Shown here piece by piece: positions 50,224 to 58,989 of a stretch of 64,000 bases of DNA (position 1 is the stretch's first letter; each line of letters begins with the position of its first letter). The notes under the pieces were generated by a model, which saw nothing but the letters and a program-made list of their open reading frames with translations, had not been told where the DNA came from and did not search any database. The stretch is from Alphaproteobacteria bacterium (lineage in GTDB: Bacteria; Pseudomonadota; Alphaproteobacteria; UBA8366). Position numbers and translations under genes: made by a program. The DNA is taken from positions 120,701 through 184,700 of the forward strand of contig CBDDIB010000002.1 of NCBI GenBank assembly GCA_965228695.1. The letters run 5' to 3'.

Positions 50224-51843
50224 ATGCCGGAGGATCGTCAACAGGTCGATGTGATCGTCGTCGGCACCGGCGCCGCCGGGTTGAGCGCGGCGTTGGCGGC
50301 CCGTGTTTCGGGCGCCTCCGTGTTGGTGGTGGAGAAATCGGCCATGGCCGGCGGGACGACCGCGATGTCCGGCGGCTGCATCTGGATTCCCGGCCACCAC
50401 TACATGGCCGACCTGGGCGTCAGCGATTCGCGGGACGCCGCCTTGGAGTACATCCGCGCGGTCTCGCCCGACGGGTGGCACAATTTGGAGGAGCCGCTCT
50501 GGGCCGCCTTCGTCGACCGCGCGCCGGAAATGCTGAGATTCGTCGAGGAACATAGCCCGACACGGTTCAAACCGAACCGCGACCCCGACCCTTATGCCGA
50601 GGCGCCGGGCGGGATGGAATTCGGTCGCAACGTCTCGCCGCGGCCGATCCGTATCGGTGTCCTGGGTGCGTGGCGCGACCGCATCCGACCGCGCACCTTG
50701 TCGGTCGAACTGAGCTACGACGAGATCGTCGACACGCATTTCTATGCCAACCCGAAGAAGGGGATGATGCGCTTCCTCCCGCGCCTGCTGTGGCGGCACC
50801 TGCGCGGCATGCGCACGCGCGGCAACGCGCTGACCATCGGCTTGCTGAAGGGCTGCCTCGACAAAGGCGTCGAGGTCTGGCTCGACAGCCCGGCGAAACG
50901 CCTGATCACCGACGACGGCCGGGTGACCGGCCTGGAGCTGGAGCGCAACGGCGCCGCCGTGACGGTGCAGGCGGCGAATGGCGTCATCCTGGCCAGCGGC
51001 GGTTTCGAGTGGAATGCCGAGATGATGGCCGAGCATTTCCCCGGTCCGGTGGAATGGACCGCCAGTCCGTCCACAAATACCGGCGACGGCCAGCGCATGG
51101 CGGCAGAGGTCGGCGCGCATCTCGACCGCATGGATCAGGCGCTGGTCATGGGGACGACGCCGGTGACCTACGAAGGCCGTCTACAAGGACAGCCCGCCGC
51201 CGACTACTTCCTGCCGCATTCGATGATCGTGAACCGGCACGGCAAGCGCTTCGTCAACGAGAAGCAGATGAATGTCGGCCTCGCCTTCGCGGAGCGCGAT
51301 CCGGATACCGGCGAACCGCTGCACCTGCCGGCATGGCGCATCTACGACGGCCAGTTCGCCGAGAAATACCCGCACGCGCTGCCGAAAGCGTCGGTGCCCG
51401 GCAATCGGTTCGAAGCGGACACGCTTGCGGACCTCGCGCGGCAAATCGACGTGGACCCGGCCGGTCTGGCCGACACGGCGGCGCGATTCAGCACCTTCGC
51501 CCGCGCCGGAAAGGACGAGGACTTCGGCCGCGGCGACACGGCGTGGGACCGTAACCGAGGCGGCGACCCGACGCAGAAACCGAGCCCTACGCTGGGACCG
51601 ATCGAACGGCCGCCGTTCTACGCGATGCCGTTCAAGGCGAGTTTCCTCGGCACCAAGGGGGGCGCGCGCACCAACGAACGCGCGGAGGTGCTGCGCCCCG
51701 ACGGCACGGCGATTCCGGGCCTGTACGCCGCCGGCAATGTGATGGCGAATGCCTTCGGATCGAAAGGGGTCGGGGCCGGCACGACGCTCGGCCCGTGCCT
51801 GACCTGGGGTTACATCGCAGGAATGAGCGCCGCCCAGCGTTAA
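50224..51843 (+). CDS. FAD-dependent oxidoreductase (FAD_binding_2; 3-oxosteroid 1-dehydrogenase / fumarate reductase flavoprotein-like)
   Basis: 539 aa with the N-terminal dinucleotide fold DVIVVGTGAAGLSAAL...VEKSAMAGGTTAMSGG. Confidence 0.8.
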   Translation: MPEDRQQVDVIVVGTGAAGLSAALAARVSGASVLVVEKSAMAGGTTAMSGGCIWIPGHHYMADLGVSDSRDAALEYIRAVSPDGWHNLEEPLWAAFVDRAPEMLRFVEEHSPTRFKPNRDPDPYAEAPGGMEFGRNVSPRPIRIGVLGAWRDRIRPRTLSVELSYDEIVDTHFYANPKKGMMRFLPRLLWRHLRGMRTRGNALTIGLLKGCLDKGVEVWLDSPAKRLITDDGRVTGLELERNGAAVTVQAANGVILASGGFEWNAEMMAEHFPGPVEWTASPSTNTGDGQRMAAEVGAHLDRMDQALVMGTTPVTYEGRLQGQPAADYFLPHSMIVNRHGKRFVNEKQMNVGLAFAERDPDTGEPLHLPAWRIYDGQFAEKYPHALPKASVPGNRFEADTLADLARQIDVDPAGLADTAARFSTFARAGKDEDFGRGDTAWDRNRGGDPTQKPSPTLGPIERPPFYAMPFKASFLGTKGGARTNERAEVLRPDGTAIPGLYAAGNVMANAFGSKGVGAGTTLGPCLTWGYIAGMSAAQR

Positions 51844-51846
51844 CGG

Positions 51847-52062
51847 TCAGACGTCGTCCTTGGTCCACCCGTCGCCGCCGCAGCGGACGCAGCGCACTTT
51901 CTTGAACAACTCGTCCCAATCGCCGTCACTCGCGACATAGTCGAGGACGCAGCGTAGCGCCTTCGATTTGTCTTCGAGACTGTACTTCTCCGCGGCAAAG
52001 ACCAGCATGTCTTCCGCGTCCTTCTGAATTTCGAACGTCACCGAGATCTTGTCGCCTGCCAT
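51847..52062 (-). CDS. hypothetical small protein, ribbon-helix-helix-like N-terminus, C-terminal CxxC
   Basis: 71 aa: MAGDKISVTFEIQKDAEDMLVFAAEKYSLEDKSKALRCVLDYVASDGDWDELFKKVRCVRCGGDGWTKDDV. The beta-alpha-alpha pattern is my inference, with no family match claimed. Confidence 0.45.
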   Translation of the reverse strand: MAGDKISVTFEIQKDAEDMLVFAAEKYSLEDKSKALRCVLDYVASDGDWDELFKKVRCVRCGGDGWTKDDV

Positions 52063-52182
52063 GAACTGACCCTTCTTGATTGTCTGACGGTTGAGACGGA
52101 TTGGCAGGCAGCCTAGCACACGATGACCGGATTGCCGCAGACCGCGATACCGTAGGGTTCGGAAATCGATGCCGGAAGGACG

Positions 52183-52536
52183 CTAATTCGCGTCCAAGGC
52201 CGCCAGCAACAGCACCGCATGACTCTGCTCGAATTCCTTCGTGGCGAACAGGAGCGTTACCACCTCATGCTCCCGTCCTATCGCGTGAAGCGTCTGGAAC
52301 GCCGCCGCCCGATCCGGGTCCTTCAACTCTTCGCGATAGCGGTCGGCGAAGCCCTGCCAGCGCGCCGTATCGTGTCCGAACCATTTCCGCAGCGCGGTCG
52401 AGGGCGCGATCTCCTTAAGCCATAGATCGACCGCCGCCGCGTCCTTCGAGACGCCGCGCGGCCAGAGCCGGTCAATCAATACCCGATACCCGTCTTCGGG
52501 CGCCGCCGGCTCGTAAACCCGTTTGGCTTGAAACAT
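52183..52536 (-). CDS. DUF488 family protein (YeaO-like)
   Basis: MFQAKRVYEPAAPEDGYRVLIDRLWPRGVSK...APSTALRKWF parallels E. coli YeaO as I recall it. That comparison favours the ATG at 52536 over the one at 52560. Confidence 0.75.
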   Translation of the reverse strand: MFQAKRVYEPAAPEDGYRVLIDRLWPRGVSKDAAAVDLWLKEIAPSTALRKWFGHDTARWQGFADRYREELKDPDRAAAFQTLHAIGREHEVVTLLFATKEFEQSHAVLLLAALDAN

Positions 52537-52612
52537 CGCAAACCCCGTGACATTCGACATGCAGGACCTAAATATTTATCTCATCGTCCCGAAACAAGCG
52601 ATGGACTGCAAT

Positions 52613-53542
52613 ATGGATGTGTTGAGCGATATTCTCGATACGTTGCAACTGCGCGGCACGCTGTATTTCCGCACCGCGTTCACGTCTCCGTGGTCGGTCG
52701 CGGTGCCCGCCTATGGCCGGTCGGCCCGATTCCATCTGGCTGCGCAGGGACGCTGCCATGTCCGTATCGGCGACGACCACGACGTCGTCCTGGAACCGGG
52801 CGACATGATCATCATTCCCAACGGCGCGGCGCATGTCCTTTGTGAAACTCCGGACGTGAAACCGGCCGAGTTGGAAGATGTACTGCAGCAGGCCGGCTAC
52901 ACCGGCGACGGGGTGCTGGTCTACGGCGGCGATATTGCGCCGAATGCCGATACCAAGCTGATCTGCGGCCATCTGAATTTCGCCGAGACGGTCGATCATC
53001 CGCTGCTGCGGGCATTGCCGCCGTATCTGTTGGTTACGGCCGAATTGCGGGCCCGGGCGCCCTTGCTGGACGAGTTGATGCGCCTGATCACCCGCCAGAT
53101 GTTTACCGAAGCCCCCGGTACGAAGGCGTCGGTCATCCGGCTGACCGAAGCGTTGTTCATCGAGGTCGTCCGGACCTGCGCCGATCAGGACGACACGCTG
53201 CGCGGCATCATCGAGGCGATGAGCGACCCGCGGATCGGCCGCGCGCTCAGCCTAATGCATCGCCAGCTCACCCAGGATTGGACGCTCGCGTCGATCGCCC
53301 GCGAGGTCGGCATGTCGCGCAGCCGCTTCGCCGACGCCTTCCAGTCGATGCTGGGCTGCACGCCGATGGGCTACCTATCGGACCTGCGGCTGCAGAAAGC
53401 GATGACCCTGCTCGCCGACACGACGACGCCGGTTCAAACGGTCGCGGCACAGGTGGGCTACCAATCGCCGGCCGCCTTCTCGCGCGCATTTTCCAACCGC
53501 TACGGCCAAAGCCCCCGGGACGCACGCCGCGCCGCCGCCTAA
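52613..53542 (+). CDS. AraC family transcriptional regulator (cupin_6 N-domain)
   Basis: MDVLSDILDTLQLRGTLYFRT is the characteristic N-terminus of this AraC subfamily. The C-terminal HTH is GMSRSRFADAFQSMLGCTPMGYL...GYQSPAAFSRAFSNRYGQSPRD. Confidence 0.85.
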   Translation: MDVLSDILDTLQLRGTLYFRTAFTSPWSVAVPAYGRSARFHLAAQGRCHVRIGDDHDVVLEPGDMIIIPNGAAHVLCETPDVKPAELEDVLQQAGYTGDGVLVYGGDIAPNADTKLICGHLNFAETVDHPLLRALPPYLLVTAELRARAPLLDELMRLITRQMFTEAPGTKASVIRLTEALFIEVVRTCADQDDTLRGIIEAMSDPRIGRALSLMHRQLTQDWTLASIAREVGMSRSRFADAFQSMLGCTPMGYLSDLRLQKAMTLLADTTTPVQTVAAQVGYQSPAAFSRAFSNRYGQSPRDARRAAA

Positions 53543-53544
53543 AT

Positions 53545-53587
53545 ATTTGCAGATCGTCCCATTAAATTTGCACGAAGTGCGTATAAT
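53545..53587 (+). promoter_or_regulatory. candidate promoter with 21-bp-phased direct repeats upstream of the YHS gene
   Basis: ATTTGCA occurs at 53545-53551 and at 53566-53572, exactly 21 nt apart. A perfect TATAAT follows at 53582-53587, about 100 nt upstream of the YHS ATG and just after the AraC stop. Confidence 0.3.
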
Positions 53588-53684
53588 AGGATGGTTTGTT
53601 GATAATTCCGCCCACCTTTCCAAATCCTATCGTGTCGGCGCCGACCGGTGCCGCATCGATTTAAACCCGATTTGGAGAAGACAG

Positions 53685-54173
53685 ATGAGCCTTATCAAAA
53701 CCACCCTCGCCGCGGTCGCCGTGGCATCCCTGTTGGGCGTTGCCGCCCCGGCGCAGGCCGCCGACGAGATCAACGCCGTTCCCGGCCTGTCGATCGTCGG
53801 CAAACCGCTGGCCCTGCACGGCTACGACCCGGTTGCTTATTTCACCGTCGGCAAGCCGACGCGCGGCTCGGACAAGATCGTCGCCGTGCATGACGGCGTC
53901 GCCTACCGCTTCGCCAGCGCGGCGCACAAGACCGCCTTCGAGAAGAACCCGGCGAAATACCTGCCGGCCTATGGCGGGTTCTGCGCCTTCGGCGTGTCCG
54001 TCGGCAAGAAGTTCGACGGCGACCCGAACCTCTGGAAAATCGAGGACGGCAAGCTGTACCTGAACCTCAACGAAGAGATCTACGCGACCTTCCTGAAGGA
54101 TTTGGACGGCAACATCGAGAAAGCCGAGAAGAACTGGACGAAGATCGAACACACGGCCGCCACGGCCCTGTAA
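53685..54173 (+). CDS. YHS domain-containing protein, exported
   Basis: Signal peptide MSLIKTTLAAVAVASLLGVAAPAQA, followed by GYDPVAYFT...YRFASAAHKTAFEKNPAKYLPAYGGFCAFG. Start set at the ATG at 53685. Confidence 0.75.
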   Translation: MSLIKTTLAAVAVASLLGVAAPAQAADEINAVPGLSIVGKPLALHGYDPVAYFTVGKPTRGSDKIVAVHDGVAYRFASAAHKTAFEKNPAKYLPAYGGFCAFGVSVGKKFDGDPNLWKIEDGKLYLNLNEEIYATFLKDLDGNIEKAEKNWTKIEHTAATAL

Positions 54174-54185
54174 GATGGCCTTCGT

Positions 54186-54866
54186 TTACGACTTGCCGCC
54201 GTAATGCCGTTCCAGATCGGCCGTTACGGCGGCAAGGCTTTCCACATCCGCGTATTTCATATCCATGTCGAACAGATTGGCGCGATGCGCCATGGCGCTG
54301 CGGTCGCCGCAGGCCTCTTCGACCACGATCACCCGGAAGTTATGCGAAAACGCATCGGCCACCGCATGGCGCACGCAGCCGCTGGTCGACACGCCGCACA
54401 CCACCACTGTATCCACGTCGTCATACCGCATGAAGGACTCCAGCGGCGTCTCGAAAAAGGGTGACGGTTTGTTCTTGTCGATGACGATATCCCGCTCCGC
54501 CGGGGCATAGGCTTCGGGCCATTCGTCCGCCGCCGGATCGTCGGTATACTGGAACTCACCGGACGTCCCGAGCTTCAGGTTCCAGATACCCCGCCGCGTC
54601 GGATGGGAACGGTTGTCCCGCCGGCTGTAGTAAATCGGCAGCGACAACCGCCGGAATACCGCCGTCAGTTCGGTCAGTGCGGCGATCAATGCGGGATCCT
54701 CCGCGCCGCAGAGCGGATAATTCGGATCGACGAACATATGCGTCGTATCCACGTTCAACAGCCCCGCCCGCCGCCCGTATCCGATGGCGTTGCCGAAGGC
54801 GGCCTTGCGGTATGTCTCCAATTCCTCGGGCGGCAGGTAATCCGCCCATTTGTCGATCTTGCTCAC
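54186..54866 (-). CDS. isochorismatase family cysteine hydrolase (N-carbamoylsarcosine amidase-like)
   Basis: 226 aa with catalytic-triad contexts LLNVDTTHMF (Asp), VIDKNKPSPFF (Lys) and VVCGVSTSGCVRH (Cys). Confidence 0.8.
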   Translation of the reverse strand: MSKIDKWADYLPPEELETYRKAAFGNAIGYGRRAGLLNVDTTHMFVDPNYPLCGAEDPALIAALTELTAVFRRLSLPIYYSRRDNRSHPTRRGIWNLKLGTSGEFQYTDDPAADEWPEAYAPAERDIVIDKNKPSPFFETPLESFMRYDDVDTVVVCGVSTSGCVRHAVADAFSHNFRVIVVEEACGDRSAMAHRANLFDMDMKYADVESLAAVTADLERHYGGKS

Positions 54867-54877
54867 CGGGTCTACCT

Positions 54878-56125
54878 TCAGTCGCCGTTGGCCAACTCGA
54901 ACATCGTGTCCAAAATGACCTGGGTGCCGGCCGCGATATCCTCGGGCCGCGCGTTTTCGGCCTCGTTGTGGCTGATCCCGCCTTCGCAGGGCACAAACAC
55001 CATGCCGCTGGGGCAGTGGCCGGCCATGTGGCGCGCGTCATGCCCCGCGCCAGAGAAGATGTGCCGCCAGGCATAGCCGCGCGCCTCGGCGCTGCGGATG
55101 ATCGCAGCCGGGACCGTATCCCCGAACTCCACCGTCTCGGACCGGTTCGCCTCGCTGACCTGCACGTCGCAGCGCTTGGCCGCCGCCCGCGCCGCCGGCT
55201 CGAGCTTGTCGCCCAGTTCGGCGAGCAGGCCGTTGTCCGGATGGCGGAAATCGACCAGGAACTTCACCAGACCGGGCACCACCGAGCGCGCGCCAGGGAA
55301 AGCCTCGAACCGGCCGATGGTGAACCGGACCTCGTCGGCCTCGTCGTGGAAGATTTCGTGCAGGCTCTGGACGATCGCGACCGCGTCGACCAGCGCGTCG
55401 CGCCGCCCGGACCGCGGCATGGTGCCCGCATGCGCTTCCTCGCCGATCACGTCCACCGAGAATTTGCGGGTTCCCTGGATGCCCGTGACGACGCCGATCG
55501 GGATGCCTTCCGCTTCGAGGATCGGGCCCTGCTCGATATGTGCCTCGACGAAGGAATGATAGGGCGCACCGAAGTCACGATGCGCGACGTCAGGCAACGC
55601 ATTCCGTAAGGCGGCGATCGAGTCCGCCATCGTCTCGCCGTCGCGGTCGACCCCGGCCAGCAGCGGGGCCAACTCCGCATTCCCGACATAGACCGCCGAA
55701 CCCATCGAACTCGGCGTGAATCGCGCGCCTTCCTCGTTGTTCCAGATCACCGCCTCGACGCCGCGGCGCGGCCGCACGCCCGCATCGGCCATCGATTCCA
55801 GCGCCTCGAAAGCGGCGAGCACGCCGAAGATGCCGTCGAAGCGACCGCCGGTCGGTTGCGTGTCACTGTGCGACCCGCTCGCCACCGGCGGCAGATCGGG
55901 GTCCGATCCGACCAACCGGAAGAAGGTGTTGCCGTAGTCGTCGAGCGCCACGTCGAAACCGCGTTCCAGCGCGACCTCGGTCAGCCGGCGGTGGACCTCG
56001 ATGTCGTCCGCCGTCAGCGTGGTACGGTTCACCCCACCGCGCGGTGTCGCGCCAAGCTCGGCGTATTCCATATGCCGCCGCCACACCCGGTCGGCATCGA
56101 TCTTCGGTGCGCTTGTGTCGTTCAT
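54878..56125 (-). CDS. M20 family Zn-dependent amidohydrolase (N-carbamoyl-L-amino-acid hydrolase / allantoate amidohydrolase type)
   Basis: 415 aa. GSHSDTQPTGGRFDGIFGVLAAFEAL and a C-terminal PCEGGISHN are typical of the AmaB/AllC group. Confidence 0.85.
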   Translation of the reverse strand: MNDTSAPKIDADRVWRRHMEYAELGATPRGGVNRTTLTADDIEVHRRLTEVALERGFDVALDDYGNTFFRLVGSDPDLPPVASGSHSDTQPTGGRFDGIFGVLAAFEALESMADAGVRPRRGVEAVIWNNEEGARFTPSSMGSAVYVGNAELAPLLAGVDRDGETMADSIAALRNALPDVAHRDFGAPYHSFVEAHIEQGPILEAEGIPIGVVTGIQGTRKFSVDVIGEEAHAGTMPRSGRRDALVDAVAIVQSLHEIFHDEADEVRFTIGRFEAFPGARSVVPGLVKFLVDFRHPDNGLLAELGDKLEPAARAAAKRCDVQVSEANRSETVEFGDTVPAAIIRSAEARGYAWRHIFSGAGHDARHMAGHCPSGMVFVPCEGGISHNEAENARPEDIAAGTQVILDTMFELANGD

Positions 56126-56346
56126 TGAGAGACCTCCGGGGTTGCATTTCGGAAAGTGACGATCTTTTTTCCCATGAACACGAAGAACATCGCAAACGCA
56201 ACATTGGGTGCATCGGGTAGAAAGTTCGCCGGCGGTTTCCGAACGGGACAGGAGGATCCCGATACGGAATTGAGTAGCTTTCCATATTTATTGCGACTAC
56301 TTATCGAATCGTCATCGACTGAACGGTTCCATCGGTATCCACCGGC

Positions 56347-58293
56347 ATGCATATCCTCGGGCTTCATTTCGGACATGACGCGGCGGCCTCGGTCCTGTCG
56401 AACGGCAGTATTACCGGCTACGTCCTGCGGGAACGCATCAATCGGGTCAAGCACGCCTTGGGACTCACCCGATCCGAGATCGACAGCGTCTTGAGTGAAG
56501 CACGGCTAACCGTTGCCGATATCGACGCCGTCGCGATTACCTCGACCCAGAACGTCGAACTCCTAACAGGATTGATCGACGGGCTCGATATCGACATATC
56601 ACCGCACGACGCGCACGGCATTCCGGCGACGTTCATAAAGGCCGCGGAGGCGACGAACAACCGCATCGAGGACTTGCTCGTCAAAGCAGTCGAGCCGACA
56701 TTCCGGGGCGACGATACCGGATTCGAATCCATCGTTTATCGTCATGTCTTTCCCGAAGGCGCGACAATCGACTGGGACCGGTTCGACTCGGTGGGATGGC
56801 TCGACGGCTACATTAGCGATGGCTCTTGGCGCGACCCCGCGGACCTACCGACCCTCGCTCGGCAGTCCGCCGAACTAAAGGAAGAATTGCGGTTCGGGTT
56901 TCACTTGCCGGTAACCGTCCAATTGGACGGCCGGGAAATTCCCGGTTACTTCGTGAACCATCACATGGCGCATGCGGCCTCCTGCTATTACCGCTCGGGA
57001 TTTCGCCGCGCCGCCATCCTGACACATGACGGATTCCGGTCGGGGGTCGGCTATCACGGCGGCTTCTTCGCCTTCGGCGACGGCGCACGGCTTTGGCCGG
57101 TGTCGCCACACTATCTGGCGATCGGCGTCCTATATGAAATGGCCGCCGCATCGATCGGTCTGGGTGAGGTCGGCGGCCCTGGTAAACTGATGGGGTTGGC
57201 GTCATACGAGGATCCTGTCTTGTTTAACGACCGATTCGTGTGCAATGAGCCGGGCGCTAAAGCCAATTTCGGGATTTCGTTGACCGAGGCCTGGTTGGCA
57301 TATTGCAAACAGGCCATCCAACAGCGCGAGTACGACCTGACGGCGTATGGCGATAAGAATGCCATGACCGCCCCGGTCAACACCGACATCGCGGCGAGCA
57401 CACAGAAACTATTCGAGGAAATCTACCTGGCCGCCGTGTCCGCGCTGAACGGCATGCTCCAAAACGCGGCGATCCCCTGCGACAGCCTCTGCCTCAGCGG
57501 CGGCACCGCCCTGAACTGCCCGAGCAACACGCGGGTTGCGGCGGAAGGCCCGTTCGACAATGTCTATGTCGAACCGAGTTGCGACGACGGCGGCCTCAGC
57601 GTCGGCGCGAGCCTGCATCTGTTTCACAATTTGATGGACGCACCGGTCCAACCGCCGGAGCCTTATGCGTCGCCGTATCTCGGCCGGACCTACACCGCAG
57701 CGGACATCGAAACCGCCCGGCAAGCATTCGACGTCGACATGTCGTCGCCGGACAGCCCGGCGCTTGCCGCGGCCAAGGACCTGGCCGAGGACCGGGTTAT
57801 TGGCTGGTTCGAAGGCGGCAGCGAAACCGGTCCTCGCGCGCTCGGCCATCGATCCATCCTGGCAAATGCCACGAAGGCGGAGAACTGGCCGCGCGTGAAT
57901 CTGTTGAAAAAGCGCGAGGCGTGGCGCCCGTTCGCGCCGGCCGTGTTGGAAGAGGATGCCGACGATTGGTTCGAAGGGTGCCCCATTCCGTCGCCCTACA
58001 TGCTGTTCAATGCGCGGGTCAAAGGGCCCGGTCTGCCGGCGATCACCCATGTCGACGGCACCGCCCGCATCCAGACGGTCGACCCGTCCTGCGGACAGGT
58101 CTACCAGCTCCTGACGGAATACAAGACCCTGACCGGTATCCCCGTCGTGATGAACACGTCATTCAACGGCCCCGGCGAGCCGATCGTCGAAACGCCTGAA
58201 GAAGCGCTGCGCTTCCTGACCGAGACCGACATCGACGTCGTCTACATCGACGGTAAGCGGTTCACGCGGCAGCTGGGAAATCCCGCCACTTAG
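56347..58293 (+). CDS. carbamoyltransferase (NodU/CmcH family)
   Basis: 648 aa. N-terminal ILGLHFGHDAAASVL, NHHMAHAASCYY, and a C-terminal Carbam_trans_C-like region (GPRALGHRSILA...VDGTARIQTV...NTSFN). Confidence 0.85.
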   Translation: MHILGLHFGHDAAASVLSNGSITGYVLRERINRVKHALGLTRSEIDSVLSEARLTVADIDAVAITSTQNVELLTGLIDGLDIDISPHDAHGIPATFIKAAEATNNRIEDLLVKAVEPTFRGDDTGFESIVYRHVFPEGATIDWDRFDSVGWLDGYISDGSWRDPADLPTLARQSAELKEELRFGFHLPVTVQLDGREIPGYFVNHHMAHAASCYYRSGFRRAAILTHDGFRSGVGYHGGFFAFGDGARLWPVSPHYLAIGVLYEMAAASIGLGEVGGPGKLMGLASYEDPVLFNDRFVCNEPGAKANFGISLTEAWLAYCKQAIQQREYDLTAYGDKNAMTAPVNTDIAASTQKLFEEIYLAAVSALNGMLQNAAIPCDSLCLSGGTALNCPSNTRVAAEGPFDNVYVEPSCDDGGLSVGASLHLFHNLMDAPVQPPEPYASPYLGRTYTAADIETARQAFDVDMSSPDSPALAAAKDLAEDRVIGWFEGGSETGPRALGHRSILANATKAENWPRVNLLKKREAWRPFAPAVLEEDADDWFEGCPIPSPYMLFNARVKGPGLPAITHVDGTARIQTVDPSCGQVYQLLTEYKTLTGIPVVMNTSFNGPGEPIVETPEEALRFLTETDIDVVYIDGKRFTRQLGNPAT

Positions 58294-58859
58294 CATTTAG
58301 CGCCGGGATTCCCGTAGCTAACCTCGACCACTTCGATCTCCTCGACGCCGCCCGGCGTCCGCACCTTCACGACGTCGCCTTCCTCGGCCTTATGCAGGGC
58401 GCGCGCGATCGGCGAGACCCAGCTTATATCGCCTTCGTCCTGGCGCGCCTCGTCGACACCGACGATCCGCACCCTGCGCTCCTGACCCTTGGAATCCTCG
58501 TAGGTCACGGTCGCACCGAAATAGACCTTGTCCAACCCGCTTTGCCGTGCCGGATCGACCACTTCGGCGATTTCGAGCCGTTTCATCAAGAACCGCATGC
58601 GGCGGTCGATCTCGCGCAGCCGCTTCTTGCCGTAGATATAGTCGCCGTTCTCGGACCGGTCGCCGTTGCCGGCGGCCCAGGACACCACATCGACGATCTT
58701 CGGCCGTTCCACACTGCTGAGCTGATGCAATTCATGCTCCAACCGGGCGTGCCCCTCGGGCGTAATGTAGTTCTTTGCCCCCTGGGGCAGGCTATCCACC
58801 GCCTCGGGCAGGTCGTCATCGTCCTCGCCGTCGCTTTCCTTGGTAAAGGCCTTGCTCAT
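58290..58859 (-). CDS. greB: transcription elongation factor GreB (GreA/GreB family) with acidic N-terminal tail
   Basis: NYITPEGHARLEHELHQL...GDRSENGDYIYGKKRLREIDRRMRFL... and the C-terminal FKBP-like domain are typical Gre-factor features. Start set at MSKAFTKE (ATG at 58859). Confidence 0.8.
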   Translation of the reverse strand: MSKAFTKESDGEDDDDLPEAVDSLPQGAKNYITPEGHARLEHELHQLSSVERPKIVDVVSWAAGNGDRSENGDYIYGKKRLREIDRRMRFLMKRLEIAEVVDPARQSGLDKVYFGATVTYEDSKGQERRVRIVGVDEARQDEGDISWVSPIARALHKAEEGDVVKVRTPGGVEEIEVVEVSYGNPGAKC

Positions 58860-58989
58860 GATCCGCCGCCGCTTTTCCCGCATCGTCGATGCACCCGTAC
58901 GATCCAACCGTTGACCTGGCCAACTGTTGACCGGACGATGCCGTCCCATATGAATGATCCGCACGGCAACAGTCAACGGAGAGCACGCC

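Noticed and set aside
53685-54173. Possible selenoprotein, because YHS-domain proteins are sometimes annotated as (seleno)proteins.
   Set aside because: The relevant position is an ordinary Cys codon (GGFCAFG), and there is no in-frame TGA within the ORF.
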